Assembly (NCBI GenBank): GCA_964016885.1
Contig: OZ024740.1
Coordinates: forward strand, 346,146,001 to 346,210,000
Reading direction: 5' to 3'
DNA length: 64,000 bases
From: Eledone cirrhosa
Lineage: Eukaryota
A program made the position numbers and the translations under genes. The notes under the pieces were generated by a model. That model did not search any database. It saw nothing but the letters and a program-made list of their open reading frames with translations, and had not been told where the DNA came from. This document shows, one piece after another, positions 12,442 through 27,391 of this stretch. Within the stretch, counting starts at the first letter, position 1. Every line of letters begins with the position of its first letter.

Positions 12442-13548
12442 AAATGCTATCATTTCAGGAGTCGACAAATTGTGGAACAATATTCTACTGGTTTCTATCC
12501 ATTCAATATCATATTTAGGTGTTTGACCTTGTAATAAAACAAAGATTATCGACACGTAAACTTAAATTTATTAACAGTATTTAGCCAATTTTTTGGCGGC
12601 GAACTCGCAGGCCTCTTAGTATTAAAATGCCGAGTTATTTGATTCCCTCACTGTAATCTCAATTCAAATCTCATCGTGGTCAACTTTGTCATTTATCCTT
12701 TGGAAGTTCGACTACTATTTCTAGCATTTTGAGCAACTATTTACAGATTCCCAGAGTAAATCGAGTTCTTTGCTACTTTCACTATGGCACTAAATGTTTC
12801 ACTTATATTCAACTTTAAACTATTAAAAGGGAAATAATGCCTAACTACTGAGTGGTCATTACCATTTCATTTTTGAACTGAAGTATTTTACTTTCAATTA
12901 TGTTGCTAATGTATATGGACGTCAAATTAAAATATATAAAACGAGTGAGTGTTCTAGGTTATTGTGTGATTTGCCAATAACAGTAGTCAAATATTTTCAA
13001 ATAAAAACTCTACTGTGTTACAAGAAGATAGAACAATGTGTGTAATGCGATTCTAGATACGATAATCCTGAAAATAAAGACGATATGGCCATGATTGGAA
13101 AGATTTAAATCATGGGTCTCTTCTGGCAGTGGTAAAGTGAGAATAATCAACATCACGAATGCTGTAAATCTTCAATCAATTATCCTAGTAACGATTGACA
13201 TCGATACAGTTTTAATTTCGAATTTACGTTATTTACTTCCACTCCACTTCACTAATTTTACACTTCAGGTGCACTTTAGGACTGAACATCACACCATATT
13301 TACTAACGAATAATATTCAATTACATCATGTGTAATAAAAAATGCAAAGCTAATAAATAATTCACCTCATTCACAGTCCTATTGTCAATTGAACTATTCC
13401 TCACATATTCAATCAGCCAGTTTCTGTATTGCATCATCCAACACGACTTTCTACGAACACATGACAGGCACACACACACTCACACACACATACACAGACG
13501 CATACACGGACAGAGAGAGACACACAGACACACATACACACACACACA

Positions 13549-13660
<112 letters not shown>

Positions 13661-15129
13661 ATGTAAAGTGAGTGTGCGAGAGTGAGAGGAGAGTGCAGTA
13701 AATTTCCCAAAAACCGGAGATAAGCATAGATGGAAGAATTACAATACATTTTTGGTCGTGGTGAAAGGGAAAAGTATTGAAATGATAAAGGTTTCTTCAA
13801 AATATCAAGATGCTGTGGATTACAAAAAATGTGTATTGTTTGGAAGAACAATAGCAACAAAGGTGTCAATTAAATGACGTGTCATACAGTTTTTAGTTCT
13901 TTCATTTTCATCAACATCATCATCTATATCATCGCAATCATCATAACTATCTCCATTCTCATCAACATTTTCATCCTCGTAGTCGCCTTTCTTATCCTCA
14001 TTCTCACCACTATCGACCTCACAGTAACCATTGTTTTATAATAATAACGTCGAAATATAGTGTACAGAATACGTGTTGGGATGAACAAAACAATGATAGA
14101 GAAAATTCAGTGAGGGTGCGCCTGATGTTATACAAAGATGACATTTTAAAATTTGTAAAAAATTAAGGACATATGGTACAAAAAAAAAAACTTGCACGAT
14201 ATAAAAAAAGTTGTAGCCTTTTAAATAAAAGTACCAAAAAATTACATACATCAAAAATAAAAATATTTAGGGTTTTATACAAAGGAGTCAGAATTCACTG
14301 CTTAGGTTGGGTTAGATAACATCCACAACTTTGATAAACATTCATTGTTAGTACTGAGGTCCTTTCAGTACGAGAAAACAATCACAATTCCACATTCTCC
14401 GTACATTCCTATTCTAACACAATAATATCCTGGTGACACTTTCGTCAAGTGGTTATCTGTTGACTGTTTCTTATAGTCTGATTCCATTTACTCATCGTTG
14501 TTTAGTATATCCTTTTCACTTGTGGACCTCAAAACATCTAATTAGCTTAGAAGAAAATAGTTCACACATTAAGCAACTTTTTTGTTTTCCGACGCAACCA
14601 CATCTTTGCAATTTGCAGGTATCAAGTGTTTTTTGTGTTGAGTTTTATTTCATCTGCGTATCTCAGATTCCCCACACTACTCTTGCTCCCATTCCATTCT
14701 CGCTGCCCGAAAACGCTGGAAGTTTACTAATATATTATCAATAAATATTTTATTTAGCTCAAAGTATTAAATCTGAAGAATAGAATGATATACGCGATCG
14801 GACCGACAAATAGACTTAAAATATATTTTATGTACTTCGGAATGATGGAAAATTAGCAACAGAGATTTCAGCTCAAAATGTAAATATTTATATGATTAAT
14901 ACAGTAAAAAACTTAACCTGCATAAATCTAGTTTTCATAAATCCTTCTTTTTTTGCGGGGAGGGGGTGATATACAAGCCTATCTGATTACATACAAATAC
15001 CACCTGTTTTCAATGTCGTCAATATTAAGAATACATAATAAATTAAATAATTCGTAGAAAATATTTTGTGTCATACAACTTAATTGTAAGAAATTACCAA
15101 ATCTACACAAGCAGGGGAATTATTAGGGA

Positions 15130-15516
15130 TCGCCAAGTGGGAAAAGCCAAGGTCATGGATTGTATCTAACTATCTTGCTCGGGGTCTTCACCTGGGTATT
15201 TTGCCAGTTGGTTTTCCCTGTAAAATCTGTCCAGTGCTTCTTTCCTGAGACATTGTAACATTGTAACAACATGTCCAGAGTATCAGAGCTGTGAGCACAC
15301 AATTCGGAGAATTAGCGGCTCCACCTGGAGTGACGCTCTGATCTCTGAGCTACGCATTCTATCGAGTAACGTTACTCCAATGACCATTTGGTGGAACATA
15401 ATTTCAACCGCTTGTATTTGCAATCGAATTATTTCGGTCATTGCGCAAGATTCATGTACATAGGCGAGGGTTGGCAGGAATACCGAATTGAAGATAGCGA
15501 GTTTAGAGATGTACAT
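15130..15516 (-). mobile_element. Decayed RTE-clade LINE 3' fragment
   Basis: KLAIFNSVFLPTLAYVHES...IQAVEIMF...GVTLLDRMRSSEIRASLQVEPL resembles the RTE ORF2 C-terminus. Confidence 0.8.
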
Positions 15517-16812
15517 AATACAACAAATTGTAAAGGACTTATTATGTATATAAGCGTGATACCTACAAGAGTAAATAAGTAACTATGCGAATTACATAAT
15601 ATATTAGCTGTATTAGGGTAATAATTATCATATGAGTATCTGACTAAATCAACCTGACACACCGAAGCTGAAAAAGCCATGCTCATTCGATTATCATTCG
15701 ATTAATCGATTAATATGCACCTTCTAGGGATTATAATTTCAAAATTAATCGAGGGAAAAACTTAGAAATATATTAATATGCACACTCGATCAAAAAATAA
15801 TATAATTCATGGGAAAAGTATTAGAAATACATTAACATATTTTGAAATTTTATTTAACTCCACTACATGTAAAAAAATCAAATTATCTGCCCTGTTTAAT
15901 ATAGTCGTATCTAGATATATAGCTCCGACTCGTCCACATAGATACGGAAGTCTGTCAAATTGTGCTATTGAGAGAGGCGTTGTATCTCTAAATATGTTTA
16001 ATTAAATATGCGAATCTGGATCGGTTGTTTGAGTTGAACGTATTTAAATTTCGTGACCCCTGAATGTATTGATAATCCAAAGTATGAGACAGATATTAAG
16101 CTTGCCATATTCCTTCGAAGATAAATTTGTTCTTTAGTAGATAAATTCAGTATAATGATAGTAGATGAAGCATCCGTATTATCGTATAGTATTGGTTCAC
16201 ACTTTTTTATTCCTTGACCTAACAAAATAAGCTTATAAAGTTGGTTATGTTGCTGCTGCGTGGACTTGGTAAACAAACTCAGATGAATATGAAATATTAA
16301 CACGATGTCAAAATACCAAATATATGTGTATATTGTTATTTCAATTGCAGTTAATATCTTTCCGGATACGTTACAGGTAGACAGAAAGAATGGGGATAAG
16401 TGCAACATATGTAAGTGATAAGGAAACTCTCAGAAGCAAATGATTCCATATCAATCTGGGATACATGTAACCGACGTTGAATACGTTGATTGAGATGAGG
16501 CATATTGAACTTCCAAAAATAAATGCTTGAGTAAATAAAGAAAACTATATATAGGTTAATGTGTTTGTTTATAAAATAACATCGTAATTTTACTTTATAC
16601 ACACAGCTTCCTATGTAAGTTATTAGTTGCCACCATCTTGTACATTACCACCCACTACAAACATCACTTCCCTAAACAGAAATCTACTCAACAGTTTCAT
16701 TTGATGCATTACATCCACTACCATAATCCAATGCACATTACCATTCTACTGTTTATGTATTAATTATGTATTAATTATGTATTAATTATGTATTAATTCT
16801 TACTTCAACTCT

Positions 16813-16858
<46 letters not shown>

Positions 16859-17092
16859 CCATCATCATCTTAGTTACAGTGCCCATAACGTATGTATTTC
16901 TTTTAGTTTATTCTTTACTTCTTCGTTCATCTTTCTCTCTTCATATCACGCTTCTTACCCTCTCTACACACGATTAAAAACACCTATCCCGGCTGAGTCT
17001 TCCCCTAGTTATACTGTCTATGTTATTGAGTGCGTAGTTGAAACTGCAGAACAGGAAGGCTTACCCCTTAGTCATAATATATATATATATAT

Positions 17093-17175
17093 TATGTGTG
17101 TCCCCCAAAATGTATACACATATTTATTAGAATGCTGTTGAACTGCGTATACAATTTTGTGTGAAACCCTGTATA
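17093..17175. mobile_element. Tiny Tc1/mariner-type MITE remnant
   Basis: gtgtcccccaaaatgtatac ... gtatacaattttgtgtgaaaccctgta imperfect TIR in a TA context. Confidence 0.45.
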
Positions 17176-17195
17176 CACACACACACACACACACG

Positions 17196-17257
<62 letters not shown>

Positions 17258-17975
17258 CTGTTATATGGGTACACTCATTTCCGTATATAGGCAGAAACAC
17301 ATGAATTTGTAATCCTCTACAAACGTGTGCTTGAAAAGGAAAATCGATGCAATGTATGGTTACTGGTATTTACAGCCTCATAGCCTGGCACACGGTACCA
17401 TCAATATATCATTATATAGGTTTCTTATAGCCAATTAGTACTATTCAGAGAGCGTCATTGTTGTTTGTTCCCTTTATTTTCACTTATTTTTTTACTAAAC
17501 TCATTATACAGCAAGCTGTGGAATATTGTCACATCTGTGACTCTAATAAAAAAAAAAGTCATTATTTAGTGCGATGGCAAAGTTACAGGAACGATAATGA
17601 GACGTTTTAAAAATTCTACATGCATATTAGTGCCATCAATGAAGGTTCCTAAGCTGGTATATCGTGGTTTGATATCTAACAAAAAGCATTCACTGTTCGT
17701 TCCAGCTTTATATACGTAAAAATAAGTTCAAACACTAATGGTTTAAGAAAATATGTACATATGTTACTGTCATATTTTTCTACTTTGATAATTTCTAGAT
17801 TTGAGTCTATCTGACAAACTGTCAAATGCAGCTTTTAACTGCAAATGAGTATCTGTATTCAATTTTAATTTCATGGTGAACTAAAATGATTACAGTGTTT
17901 TTCCAATGGTTTTAATTTTGCTGTTTATTAATGTTTTGTTACACGACAACCGGACTAAATATTATGAAAATAAAA

Positions 17976-18362
17976 ATAATTGTTTCTACTTTTGGCAGAA
18001 GGCCAATTATCCAGTGTATTACTGGTACTTTATTTTATCGAACCCGTAAGGATGAAAGGCAAAGTTAAGCTCGGTGGGATTTGAACTTAGAATGGCAAGG
18101 GCCATAACTCTAATAAGAAATACACAAAGATAGGGTGATCTTGATAGAACATTATTTTTATTATGAAAATAAAAATAATTGTTTCTACTTTTGGCAGAAG
18201 ACCAATTATCCAGTGTATTACTGGTACTTCATTTTATCGACCCCGAAAGGATGAAAGGCAAAGTTAACCTCGGCGGGATTTGAACTCAGACTGAAAAGGG
18301 ACGTAACTATGCTAGAAAGCATGGCGTCCAACCCTCTACCAATACTGCCAATTCACCGCCCT
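17976..18362 (-). mobile_element. Two SINE family 1 copies (17976-18112 truncated; 18176-18362 full) with duplicated flank
   Basis: ttatgaaaataaaaataat occurs three times (17962, 18161, 18362). Confidence 0.85.
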
Positions 18363-18559
18363 TATGAAAATAAAAATAATGTTCTATCAAGATCACCCTA
18401 TCATTGTGTATTTCTTATTAATTTGCAATTTGAAATGTTTATTCCTCATTAATCCTCAAACATATAAAGAGCATTTGAACATATCTACATCTAGCTGTCG
18501 GAAAATGCAGACATGTGTGGCTGTGTCTGAGTATACGTGTGTGAGTGCTTACAGGCGTG

Positions 18560-18601
<42 letters not shown>

Positions 18602-18840
18602 TAAATAAATTAATTCATATATAAAATGTTTAAAATCAATATCTTGTGAAACGTCAGAGTTCGGTCTCTTACAGTTCAATATTTAGCATAAGCAGTCGAA
18701 AGTGGACGAGAAAATGTTTTATAATCATTCATAACTAATTAATAACAGTAGGGGATTGGAAAACAATGGTAGCCACGATTATGTGTTGAATACAGCTATA
18801 CTATACTAATTTATATATATATATATACATATATAAATAT

Positions 18841-18936
<96 letters not shown>

Positions 18937-20197
18937 ATGTATGTATAATGTATGTATGTATATAGTAGTTTATATAGAAAAAGGTTTTTACAGGACTAAT
19001 ACTGTTTCATCCGTATGAAATCATATTAAGTACCATATATACTGTGATAGCCCCCATTTGTGGAAACTAGGAGAATCACAATACAAGCCAAATGCTCGAT
19101 TTATTAGACTTTTCGCGTTTTCTTCATTTTATAATTCGTCGTGATCTAAGTGAGCAGAAGATTAGTCTTTTAAAAATTATGAATAAATATAAATAAATTA
19201 TAAATTATATATCAGTATATATATAAATAAATTATATATATTGAAAGCAAGTTCATTGAAACAAGTTTACGATGGGGCAGTTTTAACAGGTAACGAGCAG
19301 CAAAGATATTACTTGGTTGTAATATTGAGGGATTTCTCTTTTTTATTTTCGTTATTTATATGCTTTCTGTTTATGATTTAATTGTATTTTCACATAGGCG
19401 ATATATTTCTGTAATTCGAGACAAAGAATCATGTTTCCATAATTCTAGGAGTGGGTGTGATTTCTTACAAAATGTTCCGTTTAATTTTGCCTAAGAAAAC
19501 ATACAATATATATTGTTTTCATATGAGAAGGATAATGTATAAAAGAAGAATAATGGAAGACTCATTATATAAGGAGTGAAAAGGCTGGTAGGCAAAAAAC
19601 ATCTTGAAGGCAATTGAAATTATACTCATCTGATTAGTTGATTTCCAAATTGATATTTGTGTATTTGTTATCTTTTATTTATGTATTGATTGTAAAACAG
19701 TCCATCTAAGACTCTACCAATAAACGAAACGCAATTAAAAGCAAAAACATTTCCATCTAATAATTAATGGTCGAGAATCTCTCTTTCACTGCGGATGGAC
19801 AGGAATATACTAATCTCCGCAGAGAAACATTATAGTACATACCTCATATAGGTGCAGGTGAAAATCTGCACATGCATTATTTCATCTCTCCAATCAGATT
19901 TTATTTAATATATTTTGAACACGGAAATCTTTAAAGAATTAGGAAAATGTATGCTTTTTTAATTACGTGTTGTTCAATATCACTCTATCACCTATACAAT
20001 CTTCGCCTTAGCTAACAGTATTTCACTTAATGGTTTGGGATATATATATTTGGTGTTCTCATAATACTTCTAATTACATTCCCATATTTTATACATCTCC
20101 AACCAGCAACGTAATATATTGTCAAGCGAAACAAGAGAAATATTTAACAAAAATATATTCGCATCAGTATCATATGAAACAGCAAATGTATAAGTAA

Positions 20198-20384
20198 ATA
20201 ATTGTTTCTACTTTTGGCACAATGCCAGCAATTACCCAGTGCATTACTGGTACTTTATTTTATCGACTCCGTAAGGATGAAAGGCAAAGTTAACCTCGGC
20301 GGGATTTGAACTCAGAATGGCAATGGCCGTAACTCTATGCGTCAAAGCATGGCGTTCGACTCGCTACCGATACTGTCAATCCAC
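20198..20384 (-). mobile_element. SINE family 1
   Basis: Sequence similarity to the family. Confidence 0.88.
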
Positions 20385-20615
20385 TAATAATGAAGAAAAT
20401 AATCTATGCATTGAGAATTATCAGGTAAAAACCTTCAATTGATATTTCTCTCTGAGACACAATGCAGTATTAGCAATGAAATATTATGCTTAGGTACACA
20501 CACACACACACAAACACATATGTATATATATGTGTGTGTGGGTATCTGTGTATGTATGTAAATGTTATGTGTGTATGTTTGTGTGTGTGTGTGTGTGTTT
20601 GTATGTGTGTTATAT

Positions 20616-20787
20616 ATAATTGTTTCTACTTTTGGCACACGACCATCAAATACCCAGTGCATTAATGGTACTTTATTTTATCGACACCGTAAACATGAAA
20701 GGCAAAGTTAACCTCGGCGGGATTTGAACTCGGAATGGCAAGGACCGTAACTCTATGCGTCAAAGCAATACTGCCAATCCACCGCCT
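20616..20787 (-). mobile_element. SINE family 1
   Basis: Sequence similarity to the family, with an internal deletion in the head. Confidence 0.85.
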
Positions 20788-20889
20788 TACACCGTGTGTA
20801 ATTTATAATATACTTCCTACGCATTTCAATTTTTTTTTTTTTGTGTCTACAAAAGCCAATCATTCACTGTATCTAAATGTAATGATATT

Positions 20890-21775
20890 CGATGTGGCAC
20901 ATGTCAATCCATACACACCAGTCAATATATGAACACAAAAACTGGAAAAATATTCCCAGATGCAAATATGAACAGCAAAAGCAGAAATGTAATTTACTGC
21001 ATTAAATGCCCGAATTGTGAAGAACTATATGTCGGTCAAACTGGAAATGCACTATCGGAATGTGCACGGGTGCACCGACAGCAAATCAGAGACCCAAATG
21101 TTCGTCACATACCCCTGAGTAACCATCTAGCAACATGTGGTCAGAGAATTTTTAATATTTCCATTCTACAAATTACACAGCCCAAGTGAAATCAAGAGAA
21201 ATATCAAAGAAAAGAATGTTATTGATAAATTCCAACCAAAGCTAAATGAACAATAATAATGCTGAGGGGTATTACTCCTACTATGACTATGACTACGACC
21301 ACTAACAACAACAACAACAATAATAATAATAAAAGTGATTTTGTTGGTGATGATTACTAGAATATGCTATTTTCATCATTTCTAAAAATAGCAAAACAAT
21401 TGATGCTTTGGATAGGGTCAAATAGTAGTCGTTAGACATGCTCAACCAACCGTGACGCCTAAAAAATTCAGCTTTAGTAATCGAGTGAAACTACACACCG
21501 ATTGGTCGAAATACAGTTAGCAAGATTTAGCAGTCTGTAACCATTTTTACTGTATATAAGGCAGAAAATTTACCCATCTCATTACAGTTGAAAATTGCAA
21601 ACTTGACTGTGACCACAGAATATGAACCTGAAGATTGCGAAAGCATGAAAGTACTTGTTCAATTAACACTTAACATTTAATATCCTTCCATACTATCTCA
21701 TTCTAATACCATTATACGTTTTAAACGATTGTAAATAAAACGAGTAAATCAGACAAAGTTGGAATTCCTTTTATT

Positions 21776-21779
<4 letters not shown>
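20890..21779 (+). mobile_element. PLE 3' fragment: GIY-YIG endonuclease, 3' UTR and hammerhead
   Basis: NVIYCIKCPNCEELYVGQTG..L..R.H..IR (ORF 20929-21189); ends at (TA)n. Confidence 0.88.
21623..21661 (+). ncRNA. Minimal type I hammerhead ribozyme
   Basis: TGAAC-CTGAAGA-tTGC gaaa GCAt-GAAA-GTAC-TT-GTTCA; palindromic AGTACT stem III. Confidence 0.8.
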
Positions 21780-21828
<49 letters not shown>

Positions 21829-21897
21829 TATGAAGAGAGAAGAAACATTTAGATATAATTAGTAATAAAATGTATCATACCTAAACTGCTCCTAAAT

Positions 21898-21985
21898 TCC
21901 TCGACTACGTAGTTTCGTGGCATAAACAAAAACAATATATCAAAGATATAGAGTCCTTGCGAGGTCTGCCAACTTATCAAGAGGA
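21898..21985 (-). ncRNA. Type I hammerhead, U3-A8 variant with extended stem II
   Basis: Minus strand: TCCTC-TTGATAA-GtTGGCA...TGCCAC-GAAA-CTACGTAG-TC-GAGGA; GUC triplet. Confidence 0.75.
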
Positions 21986-22249
21986 TACCTCATTTTACTA
22001 GTCTCAAGAACGCGTCTACACGACGTGAGAAAGAATCCCAAAAGGCGGAGGGGGAGATAGTCACGCGATATAACGGTCGAGAAACAGAGCTAAGCCTCTT
22101 ATAACCACGAAGAAAATACCACGGAGGCGGAGGGGGTATTCATATCGAGGCCGTAGAAGAGGTAGTGAAGAAGGCGAGAAGTATGAGTAATGGAAGCTTT
22201 CCAGTTGTCCCCACACTTCAAAGATTGCTCGACCAGAGGGAGTTATTAA

Positions 22250-22347
22250 TATATTTAGAAACACACAGATACATGCGGACACACATATATTTGGGTGCGG
22301 ATGCATTCATGTATATATGTGTGTGTCCGCATGCATCTGTGTGTTTC

Positions 22348-22355
<8 letters not shown>
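22250..22355. repeat. Short inverted repeat
   Basis: tatttagaaacacacagatacatgcggacacaca pairs with tgtgtgtccgcatgcatctgtgtgtttctaaata. Confidence 0.85.
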
Positions 22356-22408
<53 letters not shown>

Positions 22409-22681
22409 TTGTGAAGGGGCATGTCTTAGTGTTTAGAGAAATGGCTTTCAATTCAGAAAGTATGTTGCGACCTTAAACAAGACACTTTATTTCGCGTTGC
22501 TCTAGGCTTTTCAGCTATAGCACTGAGTTGTGGTGTCAGTGGTGCGAAACTGTAATGGCCATTTCCTTTTTCATGGTATGCATTGGCGACTGCTGGTCTT
22601 GTACAAATAATTTTTCCCGGTCTTGTGCCACGGGGGGAACTTTCTAGGTGCAAATCCGATTACATAGGTATACGTATATAT

Positions 22682-22747
<66 letters not shown>

Positions 22748-24506
22748 ATATGTGAGCCCCAAACATAAAATGTAACATTATTAAGACAATAATTGTGAAA
22801 ACAGGGTAAATTGCCATTACAAACAGTTAGATGCGGGCATGCATTGCGGGGAGACGCTCTCGAATAATGCATTAACACTACGGGCATTTATTATATATGA
22901 TATTACAATGCTGTTGTATAGCTCTTTCACGACTCTCTATTTAAATTAAGCCCACTCTGTATGTAAGGAAATTTGTATATGGAATAGAAATACAATTCTG
23001 TAATAGGCTAGCTACTAAGCAGATAAATTAGCTTCTATACAGACTTTGATTAATATCCAAAGTTACAATTGTTGTTATGTCTCCGAGACACAACAAAGTA
23101 TTAGTATAATCCACAGGTATATTTTTCAGCATAATCCGAATTTATTCATTTCTTCACTCGTAAAGAAAACAACAACAACAAAAATATATAACAATATGTA
23201 GTTTAAACGAAATTCGGGAACATCTCTAGCAGGTTGTATAACAAACTACATTCTCTACTTGTTTATTTTTATTATCAATCCTGATTCAACATATCTATGA
23301 ATATCTCTTTTCCAGTCTTAATAGTTAGGTTTTTTATTCGGGCACCAAAGTCAATACGCCGAAATAAGTTTCTTGAACTCACACTATTAATATCTAAACT
23401 TTAAGATGTCAGGTGAATTTCAATAATTTTTGGCTGCTCTTTCTCGCAAATCAAATGGATCTGAAGATATTGCAGCCTTGACTCATTCTTTGTAATGCTG
23501 TTGGTCTTTTTCAGCATGATTTTAATTCAACTTTTATTCAGCAGATGTATAATAACATGATCCCTATTCTCTATAGTCCCGTATTTTCCTCGGCATATAA
23601 ATACAAGATTTATCCTCTCCTTAAATTTTATGGTTACAATTGAGATATAAAAACGACTTTTGCTGTTCAATCAACAATGTAAAAATTCTCTCGTTGCTTC
23701 AAAGAGAAGCATATTTTAGGAAGGATACAGCATCCCCCAAAATGTTTATTGAATTAGGTATATAGGAGAATCTGAAATAAATTTCTTAAACGTATAATTG
23801 GATGACATAGCAAAGTTGAGGGAATTACTAAATGAGAAACTAGAGAAAGTGTGTACGGTAATTAGCTTCATACATATAGATTAATGATTTCAAATTCCAC
23901 CTGGAATAGAATGAGGTTGTCTCTTATGATCACATCTCACATATATGGAGTGGGGATTTTATTCAGATTGAAATGAATGAATCCCATGGAATTTGACGTG
24001 ATGTTGATGTGCAAACATGACATAAATATATGTCTATACTTAATGTATCATTGGAAAGACAACACGGTGAAACATTTACCTCTCTAAGTAAAAGATTTAT
24101 CAATAACAAATAGCAAGAATGATAAAAGAAGTAGCAAGAGAATAGACATTTCACATATTCCTTGCTTGCTGGAAATCTAGCACCAATGTTTAATACTCAT
24201 GTGTTTATCTGAACGATTCGTAAAAATATTTCTATGAAATCGATTATAACATTGCTCACTTAAATTACCGTTGTAACAAACTTATATTAATGAACACCAT
24301 CATGGTGTGTCTAGGTAAACAGCGCATCTAGAGAAGTGTACCTTTCTCTATAATATATTCTGATACTAGTATGCAGACAATGATCGCCGGCTGTTATTGC
24401 TGCCAGTAGATTGTGGTAGTGGTGTTACATTTCATTGTGGTATTGCTGTTGTTGTGCTTACGATTGATTAAACACAGCCTGGCTGTATTCAAACAGGAAC
24501 ATGAAA

Positions 24507-24681
24507 TAATTGTTTCTACATTTGGCACAAAGCCAGCATTTATACCAATGCATTACTGGTACTTTATTTTATCAACCCCGTAAGGATGAAAGGCAAAGTT
24601 TACCTCGGTGGGATTTGAACTCAGACCGTAAAGGGGTGTAACACTATGCTTGCCACGCATGGCGTCCGACCCTCTACCAGT
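24507..24681 (-). mobile_element. SINE family 1 with 11-bp target-site duplication
   Basis: catgaaataat at 24500-24510 and at 24682-24692. Confidence 0.88.
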
Positions 24682-25249
24682 CATGAAATAATACATTCAT
24701 GTTACGAACACCCTATTTACTTTTTCAGCATGTTTGTCATAATGTCTGTCATGTTTTACATAAGGTTGTCAGGAGAGGCTCGTGGGTGATATGCTTAGTA
24801 TATTTAGCAGTCAGTTAACTACACAGTGTCTGTCTTGAAAACATTGAAAACTCTAGTGGAACCCGAGCATTCTATCAGCCTAGCTGAAAGCGATAGACTT
24901 TGTATTCCATTTTAGAGAGAATTGGAGCATGAATTCAGTATCGGACAAACAACTGGTTTTGCAAATACTAATTAACATATTTTCACGGAGACACATGTAC
25001 AAAACCACTCATGTAAACGAACAGTTTCAAAAGCAAAATAATTATCCATAACATAATAAGCGAGTATAACACCAATATTTGTAAACGTATTTAAATGAGC
25101 CTAGAAACAACTAATTAGAGAAGAAATTTAACGACAATTACCCAAACAAACTCATAGATATATTGATTTACAACCATACATATATATTATACACACACAA
25201 CCACACGTACACATACACACATACACGCAAACACACACACACACACAGA

Positions 25250-25707
<458 letters not shown>

Positions 25708-26286
25708 TATGAAAATATGAGAGACCGAATGAAGAAAATATCATTCATAACAGTCGATCGCAATCGATAATATATATAAAAATAAGATATATTACCATCA
25801 GAGATGGAAAAATTATACAAGCATTACTAGGAATTGCCTTAAGGTAAGCATAGGGTAAAACTTATTCCAGTTTAGTGAGAATGCTATAACATACCGCTTC
25901 GACCTGCAGCGTAGACGGTCATAAAGAAATTTTACGCGGTATTGAATTGCAGGAAATGCTTTAAATCTGAAATATTTAAAACTTAAGAATACCGAGCAGA
26001 ATTAATAAATAAGACAAAATTCGTAAACTATGAATAGTTTTGAGAAAATCAAACAAATTTCTCTTGGGGTCAAAAGTTATTTACTTTATGTGTTTTGGTG
26101 ACTCACACAATCAAATATTCTCTCATTGAGGAATTATATATTCATATATATATGCGGAGAAGTGGCAGAGTCGTTAAGTCGTCAGATATAATGCATTACG
26201 GCATTCGGCCCACTTCATTGTATGCTCTGAGTACATAACGCAGCGGGGTCAACTTTTCTTTACATCCTTTCGAGGTCGATAAAGCA

Positions 26287-26342
<56 letters not shown>

Positions 26343-26347
<5 letters not shown>

Positions 26348-26700
26348 TAAACGGAATAGAAAATGCTGACAAATTGTTCACAGGTGAAAAATGGTTTAAT
26401 TAGGAATAAAAGAGTATTAGTGATTGTATGGGTTAGTATTCAGTTGTGGTTTTAAGTTTTTAAGTTTTTACCGGTTGCGCATTTCTAAATGCTTTTCAAA
26501 AATAATTTTGAGATAGAGTGTCCGTGTTGTTTGCTCTGATCTGATTAGTTTTGGGAATTCTACCTGTTTTTATGTTAAAAAAGTGGCTCCAATTTGCAAA
26601 AATTCTTGTGGTAAAAACAATTTTGATTGGTCGGTAGAGGTCATGTGAATGTAAAAAATTGATTTTGCGCCAAGATTGAGAAATGACTCTTTCACAACAA

Positions 26701-26738
<38 letters not shown>

Positions 26739-26816
26739 TAGTAGTAGTAAGGTGTTCGATGTTGTGATAATGGTTAGCAGCGATGTGTGTCAAATGGCTA
26801 TTAAGATAAGTGTGTG

Positions 26817-26847
<31 letters not shown>

Positions 26848-27138
26848 ATAGCAGAGTAATTTGTGGTGGCAGGGATGGTCAGTAAGAATGTGTCTGAAAG
26901 CAATGGGGGGTATTTTAGCATGTCAAAAGATATTTTTCAGCTTTTGTCTCATACGGAGAAGTGCGTGTGTGTGTGTGTGTGTGTGTATATATAAGTCTCT
27001 TTGTATGTTGATGTACGCGTGTGTATGTGTGTTAGTATATATGTGTGTGTGTGTATGTGGACCAGTATTTTTCATGGGTGGACCAGTATTTACATCGAAT
27101 AATGTACACCATTTTACCAGGGGGAAACAAATACTGGT

Positions 27139-27169
<31 letters not shown>

Positions 27170-27356
27170 TATGTACACACACACATACACACGCGTACAT
27201 CAACATACAAAGAGGCTTATATATACACACACACACGCACACGCACTTCTCCGTATAAGACAAAAGCTGAAAAATATCTTTTGACATGCTAAAATACCCC
27301 CCATTGCTTTCAGACACATTCTTACTGACCATCCCTGCCACCACAAATTACTCTGC

Positions 27357-27391
<35 letters not shown>

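Noticed and set aside
16754-16797. 11-bp tandem repeat (tgtattaatta) x4
   Set aside because: Ordinary minisatellite with no spacers; not CRISPR-like.
23000-24260. Stretch resembling decayed coding sequence
   Set aside because: Many stops and no motif I can assign.
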